Source: Lama glama
Lineage: Eukaryota
Reading direction: 5' to 3'
DNA: 64,000 bases
NCBI GenBank assembly: GCA_028534125.1
Contig: CM052818.1
Location: 39,868,001 to 39,932,000, forward strand
The notes below the pieces were generated by a model. It had not been told where the DNA came from and searched no databases. It worked only from the letters and a program-made list of their open reading frames with translations. This document shows, piece by piece, positions 38,800 to 51,849 of this stretch; within the stretch, counting starts at the first letter, position 1, and each line of letters opens with the position of its first letter. Both the position numbers and the translations under genes were made by a program.

Positions 38800-41010
38800 A
38801 GAGTAGTAAATTTGCAAAAATTTCATGAATGTTGGTCGCCTGGTTGAGGTAGTGTTTGTCAGGTTCTTATGACTAGACTGTTTATGGACTTTGAGGAGGA
38901 AGACCACAAAGGTATCGTGCCGTTCTCATCCCATCAGATCAAGGGTGCAGACTGTGAACATGACTCATCACTGTTGAGTTAATGTTGGTCGCCTGGTTGA
39001 GGTAGTGTCCATCAGGTTCTTTCACTGTTCTCTTTCTTTTCCCCTTTCCATCCTGTACTTTTTAGAATTAAGTGATGACTAGATGCAGCCCACACTTTAG
39101 CAGTGAGTAGTTACACCTCCTTGAAGACAGAGTATCTACATAAATTATTTGGAGTTCTTCTGCATGGGATATTTTTCTATTCCCCCTATTTATTAATCTA
39201 TTCATTTACTAATTTTTATTAGTATAACTCATTTTATACTTTGGGTTATAACTAATGTCACTTTATTTTTTTTTGTTGCACGTACTGTTCCTGCTTTGGC
39301 ATTGGAAACCCTTTCAGTTGGATCCCGTGCCTCTTGGACATACTTCCAGCATTATGGTTTTTTGTTCGTATGTCTTCACTTTCTGACAGTACAAGATGCT
39401 CCAGGCTCATCTTTTATATTCCTTGTCCCTGCCCTGGAATGCCAGTCATTTCTCCAAGGGGCCTTAGTTCCTTTTATTAGGAAAAGGGATTAGAAACCAA
39501 GATAGCAATGCTAGATGTGTTCATTTCTACCAGGGTGTCATTGTTTCTAGGCCCTTTCAGCTGACAGAGCAAGAAAATGTATGAATGCCTACTAACCTAT
39601 GTATATAAATAAATCCATAAGTATTTCTATGTGTCCACCCACATCTATATCAAACTAAACATGAGTTCATGCTGATCTTTCCAACTCTAATCCATTACTT
39701 TGTGAATCATTCCAGCCCTCTCCCCTTGCTTGTCTGTAACCTCCCACTCCAGCAGTGAGAAATCTGGTTCCCAGCATTGCCTTTCATTACTTAGTTGTGC
39801 AATTCTAGTGGAGATGTACAGTGGTGTCAGAGTTGTTATCTCATATTCCTATGGGAAACAACTAGCTAGAATACAGTGCTTATGTGCAGTTCTTTTTGCT
39901 TTAGTCTTACAGATGCCACTCACTGGGTTTTGAAAAATGCATAATGTCCTGTATCCACAATTGCAAATATCATACAAATTAGTTTCAGGGCCCTAAAAAA
40001 TCCCTTATGCTGTTGCTTCCTACACACCTGGCAACCATTGATCTATTTACCACCTCTATAGGTGTGTCTTTTTCAGAATGTCATATAATTGGAAGTATCC
40101 AGTAGGTAATCTTGAGATTGGCTTCTTTCACTTAGCAATATGTGCCTGTGTTTTTGCATTGCTTGATAGCCCATTCCCTTTCATTACTGAATAGAAATGG
40201 ATGTTCAGCTTATCCATGCACCTACTGAGGGCATCTTCATTACTTCCAGGTTTGGTGATTATGAATAAAGCTGCTGTAAACATTTCTATGGATATCTTTG
40301 TGTGGACATAAGTTTTAGATCACTTTGGTAAATACCTAGTAGCTTGATTGCTGAATTGTACGGAAAGACTATGCTAAGCTCTGTGAGAAACTGTCAAACT
40401 TTTCCAAAGTGCCTTACCATTTTCATTCCTACCAGCAATGAATGAGAGTTCTTATTGCTTTGAAAGCTTATCAGAAATTAGTGTTGTCAGTTTTTCATAC
40501 TGTAGTCAAAAATAGATGTGTAGAGTTATCTCATTGTTTTAATTTGAATTTTACTGATGACAAATGATGTTGAGCATCTTTTCATGATTATTTGCTATAT
40601 ATATGTGTATGTGTATATATGTGTGTGTGTATATCAATATCTATATCTATATCTATATCTGTGTATCTTCTTTGGTGAGCTGTCTGGTCAAATCTTTTGC
40701 TTATTTAAAAAAATTAAGTTGTTTATTTTTTTAATTGTTGAGGTTTGAGTTCTTTGAATATTTTAGATACAAATCTCTTTCATCCGATATGTGTTTTGTG
40801 AATATTTTCTTCCAGTGTGTGACTTTTGATTCTTTTATCATCATCTTTTACAGAGCATGTTTTAATCCTAATAAAGTCAAACATCTATTTTGTTCTTTCA
40901 TGAATTATGATCTTGATGTTGTATCTCATCGCTGAACCCAAAGTCACACAGATTTTCTAAAGTGTTTTCCTCTAGAACTTTTATAGTTTTGCATTTTTAC
41001 ATTTGGGCTC
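38800..41010 (-). mobile_element. Old L1MC/MD-like long 3' region
   Basis: 'tttgaggaggaagaccaca...gatgctccaggctcatct...ggcaaccattgatct...ttcctaccagcaatgaatgagagttc'. Confidence 0.85.
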
Positions 41011-41430
41011 TACTTAGTCATCTCTCCTCACCCCATTTAAACCCTGGCAACCACCAATCTTTTTAATGTCTTCCTAGTTTTGCCTTTTCCAGAATGTCAT
41101 ATAATTGGAATAATACAGTGTGTAGTCTTTTAAGATTAACTTCTTTCACTTAGTAATATACATTTAAAGTTCCTTCTTGTGTTTTTATGGCTTGATAGAT
41201 CATTTATTTTTACTGCTGAATAGCAGTCCATTGTCTGGATATACCAGTTTATTTATTCAATCACCTACCAAAGGACATCTTGGTTGCTTCCAAGTTTTAG
41301 CAATTATGAGAAAAAAAGCTGCTATAAACATCTGTGTGTAGGTTTTTGTGTGGAAATATGTTTTCAGCTCCTTTGGAAAATACCAAGGAGCACAATTGCT
41401 GAATTGAACGGTAAGAGTATATTTAGTTTT

Positions 41431-42280
41431 TAAGAAACAACCAAACAACCCAATCCAAAAATGGGCAAAAGACCTAAACAAGCAGTTCTCCTAGGAAGAC
41501 ATACAAATGATCAATAGGCACATGAAAAAAATGCTCAATATCACTGATTATCAGAGAAATGCAAATCAAAACTACAATGAGGTATCACCTCATACCAGTC
41601 AGAATGGCCATCATTCAAAAATCCACAAATGACAAATGCTGGAGAGGCTGTGGAGAAAGGGGAACCCTCCTACACTGCTGGTGGGAATGCAGTTTGGTGC
41701 AGCCACTGTGGAAAACAGTATGAAGATTCCTCAAAAGACTAGGAGTAGACTTACCNNNNNNNNNNNNNNNNNNNNNNNNNNNNNNNNNNNNNNNNNNNNN
41801 NNNNNNNNNNNNNNNNNNNNNNNNNNNNNNNNNNNNNNNNNNNNNNNNNNNNNNNTAACTCCATTTGCAGCAACATGGATGCTCCTGGAGAATGTCATCC
41901 TAAGTGAAGTAGGCCAGAAAGAGAAAGAAAAATACCATATGAGATTGCTCATATGTGGAATCTAAAAAACAAACAAACAAACAAACAAAGCATAAATACA
42001 AAATAGAAACAGACTCATAGAGATAGAATACAAAATTGTGGTCGCCAAGGGGGCAGAGGAAGGAAGGGATAGATGGGATTTCAAAACTGTAGAATAGATA
42101 AACAAGATTATACTGTATAACACAGGGAAATATACACAAGATCTTATGGTAGCTCACAGAGAAAAAAATGTGACAATGAATATATGTATATGTTCATGTA
42201 TAACTGAAAAATTGTGCTCTAGACTGGAATTTGACACAACATTGTAAAATGATTATAAATCAATAAAAGATGTTAAAAAA
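41431..42280 (+). mobile_element. Young 5'-truncated L1 nested in the older L1, with 18-bp TSD
   Basis: Perfect TSD aagagtatatttagtttt (41413-41430 / 42281-42298). Ends in 'aatcaataaaagatgttaaaaaa'. Same 3'UTR type as the copies at 8798 and 32209. Contains a 100-N gap. Confidence 0.95.
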
Positions 42281-42708
42281 AAGAGTATATTTAGTTTTGT
42301 AAGAAACCATCACGCTGTCTTCCAAAGTGGCTGTGCCATTTTGCCTTCCCACCAGCAATGAGCAAGAGTTCTAGTTGCTCCACATGCTCTCCAGAATTTG
42401 GTGTTGTCAGTGTTCCAGATTTTGGGCATTCTAATAGGTGTGTGATGGTATCTTATTGTTTTTATAATTTGAATTTCCCTGATGACATGTAATGTGGAGC
42501 ATCTTTGCACATGCTTATCTAACATCTATAAATCTTCTTTGCCGAGATGTCTGTTAAAGTCTTTTGCCCATTTTTTTAATTGAGTATGTTTATTGTTGAG
42601 TTTTAAAAATTTTTGTTTATTTTGCATAACGTTCTTTTATCAGATGTATATCATTTTAAAATATTTTCTCTCAGTCTGTGGATTACCTTTTTTTTTTTGT
42701 CAAATGCC

Positions 42709-42759
<51 letters not shown>

Positions 42760-42760
42760 T
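42709..42760. repeat. (TTTA)n microsatellite
   Basis: Read directly. Confidence 0.95.
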
Positions 42761-44366
42761 GGTATCTATTGACACAATCACCTGAATTTTTCTTTTTTAG
42801 CCTGTCAGTATGATGATTTATATTCACTGATTTTCAAATGCTTAAACAGCCTTCTATACCTGGAATATATCCCACTTGGTCATGATATATAATCTTTCTC
42901 TACACTGTTGGATTTGATTTTTAATGTTTTATTGAGCATTTTTGCATCTATGTTCATGAGAGATATGGATCTGTATTTTTCTCTTCTTGTAATGTCTGTG
43001 CCTGATTTTGGTATAAGGGTAATACTGGCCTCACAGAATGAATTAAGAAGTATTACTTCTGCTTCTATCCTCTAGAAGAGATTGCAGAGAATCGTCATAA
43101 TGTATTACTCAGTTGTTTGGTAGAATTCATCAGTGAACCCATCTGGGCCTGGTGCTTTCTGTTTTGGAAGGCTATTATTACTAATCCAGTTTCTTTAATA
43201 GATATAGGCTTATTCAAATTGTCTATTTCTTCTTATGTGAGTTTTGGGAAATTGTGTCTTTCAAAGAATTGGTCCATTTCATCTAGGTTAGCAAGTTCGT
43301 GGGTGTAGAGCTGTTCGTAGTATTCCTTTATTATTCTTTTAATGTCCTTGATATCTGTAGTGATGTGCCCTTTTTCATTTCTGGTACTAGTAATTTGTGT
43401 CCTCTCTCTTTTTTTTTTTCTTAGCCTGTCTAGAAGCTTATTAATTTTATTGATTTTTTCAAAGAACCAGCTTTTTTTTTAAATTTTCTTTATGATTTCC
43501 TGTTTTTAATTTTATTGATTTTTGCTCTAATTCTTATTTCCTTTTTTCTACTTACTTTGGATTTAATTTGCCCTTATTTTTTTAGTTTTCCAAAGTGAAA
43601 ACTTAGAATATTGATTTGAGATCTTTCTTCTTTTCTAAAATATGCATTCAATGTTATAAATTTCCCTCCTAGCACTGGTTTGGTTATATCTCACAAATTT
43701 TGAGATTTCATTTTTCATTTTCATTTTATCAAAATATTTTAAAATTTAAGATTCCTTCCTTGTTTAGAAGTGTGTTTTTTCACATTCACCAATTTTCTGA
43801 TTTTCTAATTATTCTTCTGTTACTGATTTCCAGTTTAATTCCACTGTAGTTTGAGGACATTTTATGATTTCTATTCTTCTAAATGTATTAAGGTGTGTTT
43901 GATGGGCTAGAATGTGGTCCATCTTTGTGAATGTTTTATATGAGCTTGAGAAGAATGTGTATTTTGCTGTTGTTGGATGAAGTAGTCTAGAGATGTCAAT
44001 GATATCCTGTTAATTAATGATGTTCTTGAGTTCTGTGTCCTTACTGATTTTCTGTGTGCTGAATCTGTTCACTTCTGATAAAGGAGTAGTTCAAGTCTTC
44101 AACTATGATAGTGGATTCATCTATTTCTTCTTGAAATTCTATTAGTTTTTACCTCACCTAGTTTTGTGCTCTATTGTTAGGCACATAAACATTAAGTATT
44201 ATTATGTCTTCTTGAAAAATTAATCTCTTTATTATTATGTAATGCCCTTTATCCCTTATTATTTTACTTGCTTTGAAGTCTGCTCTGCCTGACGTTAATG
44301 TAATTACTCTTGCTTTATTTTGGTTAGTGTTAGCATGGTATATTTTCCCCCATCCACTCACTTTTA

Positions 44367-44370
<4 letters not shown>

Positions 44371-44412
<42 letters not shown>

Positions 44413-45548
44413 TTATTGAAATACAGCTGACTTACAATATTATATTAGTTCCAGGTGTACAATAGTGGTCTGATATTTTTATAGAATATACTCCATATAA
44501 AGTTATTATAAAATACTGGCTATATTCCCTGTGCTGTACATTGCATCCTTGAACCTTATTTATTTTACATCTAGTAGTTTGTACCTCTTGATCTTATTTT
44601 CCTATCTTGCCCTTCCCCACCCTTTTTCCCACTGGTAACCATAAGTTTGTTTTCTATCTGTGAATCTGTTTCTGTTTTGTTATATTCATAAGTTTGTTTT
44701 ATTTTTGAGATTCCAAATAATAAGTGAAAGCATACATTATTTGTCTTTTCCTGTCTGACTTATTTCACTAAGCATAATACCCTCCAGGTCCATCCATGTA
44801 GCACATCTGTTGATGAACACTTAGTTTCTTTCCACATCTTGGATATTGCAAATAATACTTCTATGAATGGATTCTGCCTTGGTTAGAGGTAGGATCGGGC
44901 CCAGAGGGTTGGAGCTGCACTTCTGAGCTGGCTCTTCTTTTCCTTCACTGCATGCGTATGTGTGTGTGTGATGGTGATGGTGGTCTCTGCCTTAGTGTGG
45001 ACCAGTGCTGGAACAGGAGGGGCTGGAACAGGAGCATAGTGCCAGCTTGAGTGCACTCTGGGGCAGTCCTGACAGGCTGGCCAGAGTAGCAGGCAGTTTT
45101 CAGTCTGCTGCCTCTGTGCTGGGACTGAGAGCAAGCAAGTCTGTGCTTGCACTCTTCTGGAGTGCAGTCTTGGCTTCTAATAGCCCTCTGGTAAGCTCCA
45201 CTGGTTTTCAAATCAGCTAAGGGGGCTCATTTTCCCAGTGCCAGACCCCAAGGCTGGGGTGCCTAATGTGGGGCTTTAACCCGTTGCTCTTTAGGGAGTA
45301 TCCCCAAGTCTGTGATATCCTAACCCTCTTTTGAGTGACCCACTAGGGGTGTGGATCCTGACTTTTCCTCCCCTCCTACCAGACTCTGTGTGGTTCTTTC
45401 TTTACAGCCTTGGTTGTAGAAGAGCAGCTCTGCTAGTCTTCAGTTTGTTCTTCGTGAGAGTTGCTCTATATGTAATTGTAGTTTTGATGTGTTCATGGAG
45501 GGAGGTGAATTCAGGGACTTCCTACTCTGCCATCTTTATCCCACCCCC
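44371..45548 (-). mobile_element. Internally deleted L1 (5'UTR joined to 3' end), nested in the older L1
   Basis: (TTTA)n tail 44371-44414, L1 3' end to ~44868, then GC-richer 5'UTR whose minus strand starts 'gggtgggataaagatggcagagtaggaag'. Degenerate TSD cacttttaaaat / cacttctaatat. Confidence 0.75.
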
Positions 45549-48369
45549 TTCCACTTCTAATATATAAGTATCTTTATATCTAAAATGACTTTCTTGTGGA
45601 CAGCATAAAGTGGGACCTTATTTTTTGATTCACTGTGACAATTTCTGTTTTTCATTTGGTGCATTTAGAATATTGATATTCAAAATGATTATTGATATAA
45701 TTAGAATAATATATACTGTATGTGTTACTTTTTTCTTTTTGTTGCCTATGTTTTTTGTTTCTATTTTTGCAGGCCACTCTTTTTTTTTTGGTTGTTCCTA
45801 CTGGACCCACCTTTTTATTGCCATCCATTCTTACTCTGCCTTTTGTGGTTTTATATTAGCATTTTGTATAATTCTGTTTTCTCTCCTTTCTTAGCATATC
45901 AATTATACTTTTTTAAATTACTTTTTAAGTGTTTGCCCTAGAGTTTGCAATATATATATTTATAACTAACCCAAGTCCACTTCCACTTTTAGATAACACT
46001 ATATTTACTTCATGGGTAGTGTGAGTGCATTATAATAACAAAATAATTCTAATCCCTCCCTCCTGTCCCTTGTATCATTGCTGTTATTTATTTTACATAC
46101 ATATAAGCCTACCTAAGCACATATATTTAGTATATGTGTATATACATGTATGTATGGATGCATAAGATATATACATAAGAATACATAATTGAATACATTT
46201 TTTGCTTTTATTAGGAGTAAGTAACATCTGTTATATATGTTAGATCAAGTAAGAATAAAAAAATAAAAAATTTAATTTTACTTTCACTTATTCTTTCCTC
46301 AATACTTTTTCTTTATGTAGCTCTGAGTGTCTTATCTATATTATTTTATGTCCTCTCTAAAAAAATATTCTTTTAACCTTTCTTGCAAGGCAGGTCTACT
46401 GGAAGCAAATTCTTTCAATATTTGTTTGTCTGAGAAAGTATTTCTCCTTTATTTTTAAAGATAATTTTTCAGAATTCTAGATTGGTGTTTTTTTTCTTTC
46501 AACACTTTAAATATTTTATTTTACTCTCTTCTTGCTTGTGTGGTTTCAGAGGAGAAGGCAGATGTGATTCTTATCTTTGTACCTCTAAGATGTTTTTCTC
46601 CTCTGGCTTCTTTCAGCATTTTTTCTTTATCTTTGCTTTTTTGTACTTTGAAAATGATGCAGCTGAATTTTTTTCTTGGCATGTATCCTGTGTGCTGTTC
46701 TTTGAGATTCCTGGATCTGTGGTTTGATGTCTGACATTGTTTTGGGGGAAATTCCTAGTGTTTATCATTTCAAATATTTCTTCTGTCCTTTCTTTCTTTC
46801 CTCTCTGGCATCTCCATCATGTGTATGTTATACCTTTTGTAGTCGTCCCACCGTCCTTGAATGTTCTGTTCTATTTTTTCCATCTTTGTTTTCTTTGCTT
46901 TTCAGAGTTGAGGATTTCTGTTGGTATATTCTCTGACTTAGAAATTCTTTCCTCAGGCTTGTTCAGCCTCCTAATAAGCCATCAAAGACATTATTTATGA
47001 TATAGTATTGTTGATCTGTAGCATTTCTTTCTGTTTCTTTTCCCTAGGATTTCCATTTCTCTGCCTGTATGTCCCATCTGTTCTTGCATGTTGTCTACTT
47101 TATCCATTAGAGCCCTTAGCATATTAATCACAGTCGTTTTAAATTCCCAATCTGAAAATTTCGACATTCCTACCATGTCTACTTCTGATACTTGTTCTGT
47201 CTCTTCAAAGTGTGTTTTTTGCTGTTTGGTATGCCACACAGCTTTTTATCGATAACCAGACATGATGTACCAGGTGGAAAGAACTGCTGTAAATAGGCCT
47301 TTAGTAATATGGTGGTAGGATGTGGGGGGAGGGGAAGTGTTCCATGGTCCTATAACTAGATCTCAGTCTTGTAGTGAACCTGTATCTCTGGACTGTGAAC
47401 TCCACAACTGCTTCTCAGTTCTTTCTCCCCCCTTATATAGGACGTGATGGCTGGAGTCAGCTGGAGTTGGATGGTTCCCTTCTCGCATGTGAAAGGCTAA
47501 AGCTGGAGTTGGGCATTTCCTTTCCCCTAGATGAGTTAGGCACTAGTAGTACCTCATCAGGTTAGCTTCTGGTTAACCAGTTTCTCCTGTGGACAGGTTT
47601 TATTATGAAGAACATGATGCTCTGGTGTATTTCAAAATGGTTTCTTTTCCCTTCTCCTGCCAGAAGCACAAGGAGCTTTTTCTCCAGTATTTACTGTGAA
47701 AACCTGGTTGAGCTCCGGGAGATAAATCTCAAAAAACTGTTGGAACCCGAAGTGACTGGGTCCCCTGGAGTTTCTAACTCTCGGAGTTGTCTACATTGAG
47801 CTTTCAGGGGTTCATCCATTACAGTTCATATTTTCCTACCCTACGTTGGTTCCCACTGAAGTTTCTGCTCATGAGTCTCTGTTCTGGTAAGCCATGGCTC
47901 CTTGCATTTTTCCTATCTGTCTCTCCAATTTTGGGGACCGTGGTTTTCCATGTGTCCTTCCCTCTCTTGTGGATCTGAGAAATGTTAATTTTTCAGTCTG
48001 TTCACCTTTAAATTGTTTTTAAGATGGAATGGTGACTTCTGAGCTCATTACACATGGAACCCTATGGGTTTTATTTTGACCCTGTTAAAAGAGGCCCAAA
48101 AGTCTGGGGGTGCATAGTCTTAGTTCCAGTAGGAATCCTTATTCAGTGCTGGTAAGCCCTCACTTGATTCCTGATCCTGGAGAAGGAGGTTGAAGCCCTG
48201 AGGACAGAGGGTGTGGTCATTCCAGTGAGTGGGGCACACTTGACCTCTTTGGGAGAGAGTAGCCAGTACTGCACATTCTTGACTGATGATAAAGGATGAC
48301 TGGGGAAAGCTGGTTTATATCTACTGTAAGTATCTCCTCTTGGTCTCTGATAACTATGGGCTAAAGAAG

Positions 48370-49200
48370 GTGCAAAGATTTTGTTTATTCTATGTGGATA
48401 ATATTAGCATTTGTGTTAGTACATGAAATCTGTCTATAATTTTCCTTGGTTGTCATGTATTGGAATCAAGGTCATCCTAGCCTCATAAAACAAGTTTGGG
48501 AGAGTTCTTTCTTTTATTATTCTCTGGAACAGTTTGTGTAAGACAGAGCTTTGTGTTTTCTGAAGGTTTAATAAAAGTTTTCTATAAAACTGTCTGAGCC
48601 TGATGGTGTTGATGTTTGGGTTTGTGGGAAGACAAGGGTTATGAAAAGGTGGGAGTAGTGAGATGATTTTTTTTAACTCAATTTAATTTCTTTAAGAGCT
48701 ATTCAGTTTATCTATTTTTCTTAGATCAGTGTGGATAATTTACCCCTTTCTTTCTGTAAAATTTTTTGTTGTATTCTGGTTTTCAAATTTACTGACATAA
48801 AACTTTTCCCAACATTCTGTAAAGACTGGAAAAAAGTCTCCACTGTATCTATAGTTATATTCCATTTAAATTTGTTTCTTGACTAGTTTTGTGATGAATT
48901 TGATTGTTTTATTCACCTTTCAAAGAATAAGCTTTGAATTTGTTGTTTTTCTCTGCTTTTCCTTGCTTTTTAGTACTATTGGCTTCCTTTAGAGTACCTT
49001 AAGTTGCACATTTAGCTTACAGGTTTCCATATGCATGTATGTTTGCAGATGTATATATATATATATATCCCTGTGCTGGTTTAGTTGCCTTCCACAGGTT
49101 TTATGTTGTTATTTTAGCCTCTGTCTTTTAATTCACTTTTTATTTCTGACAGCTGGTTATTTCTCTTTCTTGTGTGCTCTCTTATGTGTTTTAAACACTT
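48370..49200 (-). mobile_element. Ancient L1 ORF2 fragment
   Basis: 'ttggaatcaaggtcatcctagcctcataaaa...ttctctggaacagtttgtgtaag...ctgtctgagcctga'. Confidence 0.75.
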
Positions 49201-50989
49201 TTCTGTTGGTAATATTTTCTTTGTGGAAAAAGGAATTCCACTTTAGTCAATAAACTGTGTTGCTGGAATTGGAAGACAAATATACCTTTTGGAATTGATA
49301 ATGATTTTTTGGCTTTTACTAGGTGGGAGAAAATGCACACTAATATTGAAATTTCTGAAAAATAAAAAGATCTGTAAGTCAATGAGTAGAAGTAAGTGAA
49401 TTTATAAGCAGGGGTATGTACAAGTGTTTTTAAGGATCATTCTAAATAATGAGTCAATTGGTGGCAGCATTTTAGTTTCTTCATCTATAAACTGGGAATG
49501 CAAACATCTTTACGACTTCATAGTCTGCGGGTAAGATGAAAATAGTAGGGAAAATACTTTAAAAATTAGACCCAGTGTGAGAACATAGCACATGAGAGTT
49601 CTAGCTTCCAAGTGTTTGGAATCTGATATAATGGGATATTTGTGAGTGTGTTTTGTAGACCATATGGCACTGCATACACATTGCTGTTATTTTTAAGCAC
49701 CNNNNNNNNNNNNNNNNNNNNNNNNNNNNNNNNNNNNNNNNNNNNNNNNNNNNNNNNNNNNNNNNNNNNNNNNNNNNNNNNNNNNNNNNNNNNNNNNNNN
49801 NCATGTATTCATCCATTTACTGATTGGCAAATGTAGAGAAATTATCCTTCTAGGTCTGTCTCCCATCTGCATCCTACGTGAAGACTGTTCTGGACATTCT
49901 AACTTACAGGAACCTCTCTTCTGAGCACCTGAAGTGTTTTCCTGGGCACTGAGCACATCTGTCCTGTGCCCTTTCCTGTATTACTAGGCAATTTCTATGT
50001 GCATGTGCTGTGACACATAGATTTGTGAAAAGGAAGTTTGAAACTTTCAAGCTGATGCCTCCCTGAGAGACCTGATATATAAATGTATTTGCAAATGTAG
50101 ACTAGCGGGGTCCCCCTACTCTCCCTGAGATTTAGACACTCCCACCGTGAGCCTCCTTCCTGCGATCCATGTACCGTGGAGAGTGGCCTCTCCACCTGTG
50201 TTTGCAGGTGCTCAAGCCCTCAGGTTTCCACCAGTGAGCTCTCACTCCAGGTAACCTGCTGATGCTCAATTCTCTTCTTCCACACTTGACCTTCTCCCTG
50301 TTTTTTCTTTTTATTTCATCTTAATATTCAACTCAACAGGTTCTTTCTCCCTGATAATAACATTCCCTAAATCCTGTCACCCCTCTGCCTTCCCCAACAG
50401 CATCCTCTCTACATACAAATCAAAAGACAAATCAAATGATGAACCAGATTTCCTTACAAACAAATTATCTATTTGTTAATAGATAATTTCAAAAGAATAT
50501 AAAAGCTCCTATTACAGAAAATTCCCTTGGTATTTCTGACAACAAAGACTCCAGCTTCTTGCTCCATTTCTCTGTCCTCTTTCCACCCCTTTCCCACCAT
50601 CACAACACTCCACACCCTCCCATAATGCTTTCCACTTCACCGTGTGGAGCCTTCCCCTGCCCATGACCTAGACTCTGTACTTACCCCAAAACACAGTCAT
50701 GTTCTCAGCTCAACATCTATAAGAGCTAATGTTTCTTCCCTTTTCCTGTCCAGTCTCCTCCAGGGGCAAGGACCAGGGCAAAGGGTTATTGTCTCCACAG
50801 TATAAATTATGCCGTTTCTCCTGCAGTGAAACAGTCTCTCATCCAAACTGGGAGATGAGTGGAAAGTGGATGTTCCTTCTGGAGCAGTATCTGCAGATGG
50901 TCAGGACCATATCTTTATGAGAATTCTTGCTTCACTAGCTGGGGTGACACTGCCTAATCTTTGTGTCCTAATTCCAGGACACATATCTG

Positions 50990-51001
50990 GGTGTGTATGT
51001 G

Positions 51002-51041
<40 letters not shown>

Positions 51042-51148
51042 TTTAATATATACGAATGTATATAGTACACTCATATATACATATATACACATACATATAC
51101 AAGTATATATACATATGCGTGTATGTATGTATGTATATATATATGTAT
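50990..51148. repeat. Compound (TA)n/(CA)n/(TATG)n alternating purine-pyrimidine tract
   Basis: Read directly. Confidence 0.9.
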
Positions 51149-51690
51149 AAATGCCGTATCATAACTCTGTAACTTCTCATGATCAGCACCACTTTGGCCT
51201 TGTACTGTTCATGAGAAGTTACAGAGTTATGATTATGACATTTATGCGTGAGTTTCCTGGCAACCACAGCAGCAAGGAAAACCTGATAAACTTCCTCAAC
51301 AGAATATAGGAAATAAACTCATTCCTCAAGAGGCATGCATTTTCTGGCCTTTAATCACAAAAATAACTTGCAATCAGATATGGTTATATCCTTGACAATT
51401 ATTTCACAACGAACTCAGAGTGGTTTTTGTATAGCACATGTTTTATTGAACCTCTCATAAAAGCCAAAAGCATGGCCTTATAGTGCATCTTGGTGAAAGG
51501 CATTCTGTTGTGTCTAAGGTAATTGGTTCAGAAACCCTCTGGGTGGATCAAAGATGGTGGACATGGATTCATATTCAGTGCCAGCAAGACATGGCTCTTT
51601 GATAGAGGCTGCTGGGCACTGGGGTCTCACTTCATTCACTAGAATGTGTGCTTGACCCTGAAGTGTATCCAACTGGCATCTTGTGTTTTA

Positions 51691-51849
51691 ACAAAATTTT
51701 TTTTATTGTGTTATTTAATTATTTTATTGTGGTGGGGGTTAGGCGGGAGGTAATTAGGTTTATTTATTTTTGGAGGAGGTACTGGGGATTGAACCCAGGA
51801 CCTCGTGCATGCCAAGAACACCACTTGAGCTACACCCTCTCTCCACTGC
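51691..51849 (-). mobile_element. tRNA-derived SINE (camelid Vic-1-like) with TSD
   Basis: Minus strand reads 'gagggtgtagctcaagtgg...cacgaggtcctgggttcaatccccagtacctcc', with Pol III A and B boxes and an A-rich tail. TSD ccaactggcatcttg / ccaactggtgccttg (from 51669 and 51850). Confidence 0.88.

Larger units (their letters stand above)
41025..48065 (-). mobile_element. Long old L1 (L1MC/MD-like): 5' region, ORF1, ORF2 pieces and 3' part, interrupted by two younger insertions
   Basis: ORF1-like peptide in 46991-47239 (FKTTVINMLRALMDKVDNMQEQMG); endonuclease peptide in 44158-44361 (GWGKIYHANTNQNKA...LNVYVPNNRA); ORF2 C-terminal peptides in 42310-42525 and 41257-41481. Confidence 0.88.

Noticed and set aside
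51770..51845. tRNA gene
   Set aside because: The A and B boxes belong to a SINE head with tail and TSD; no complete cloverleaf.
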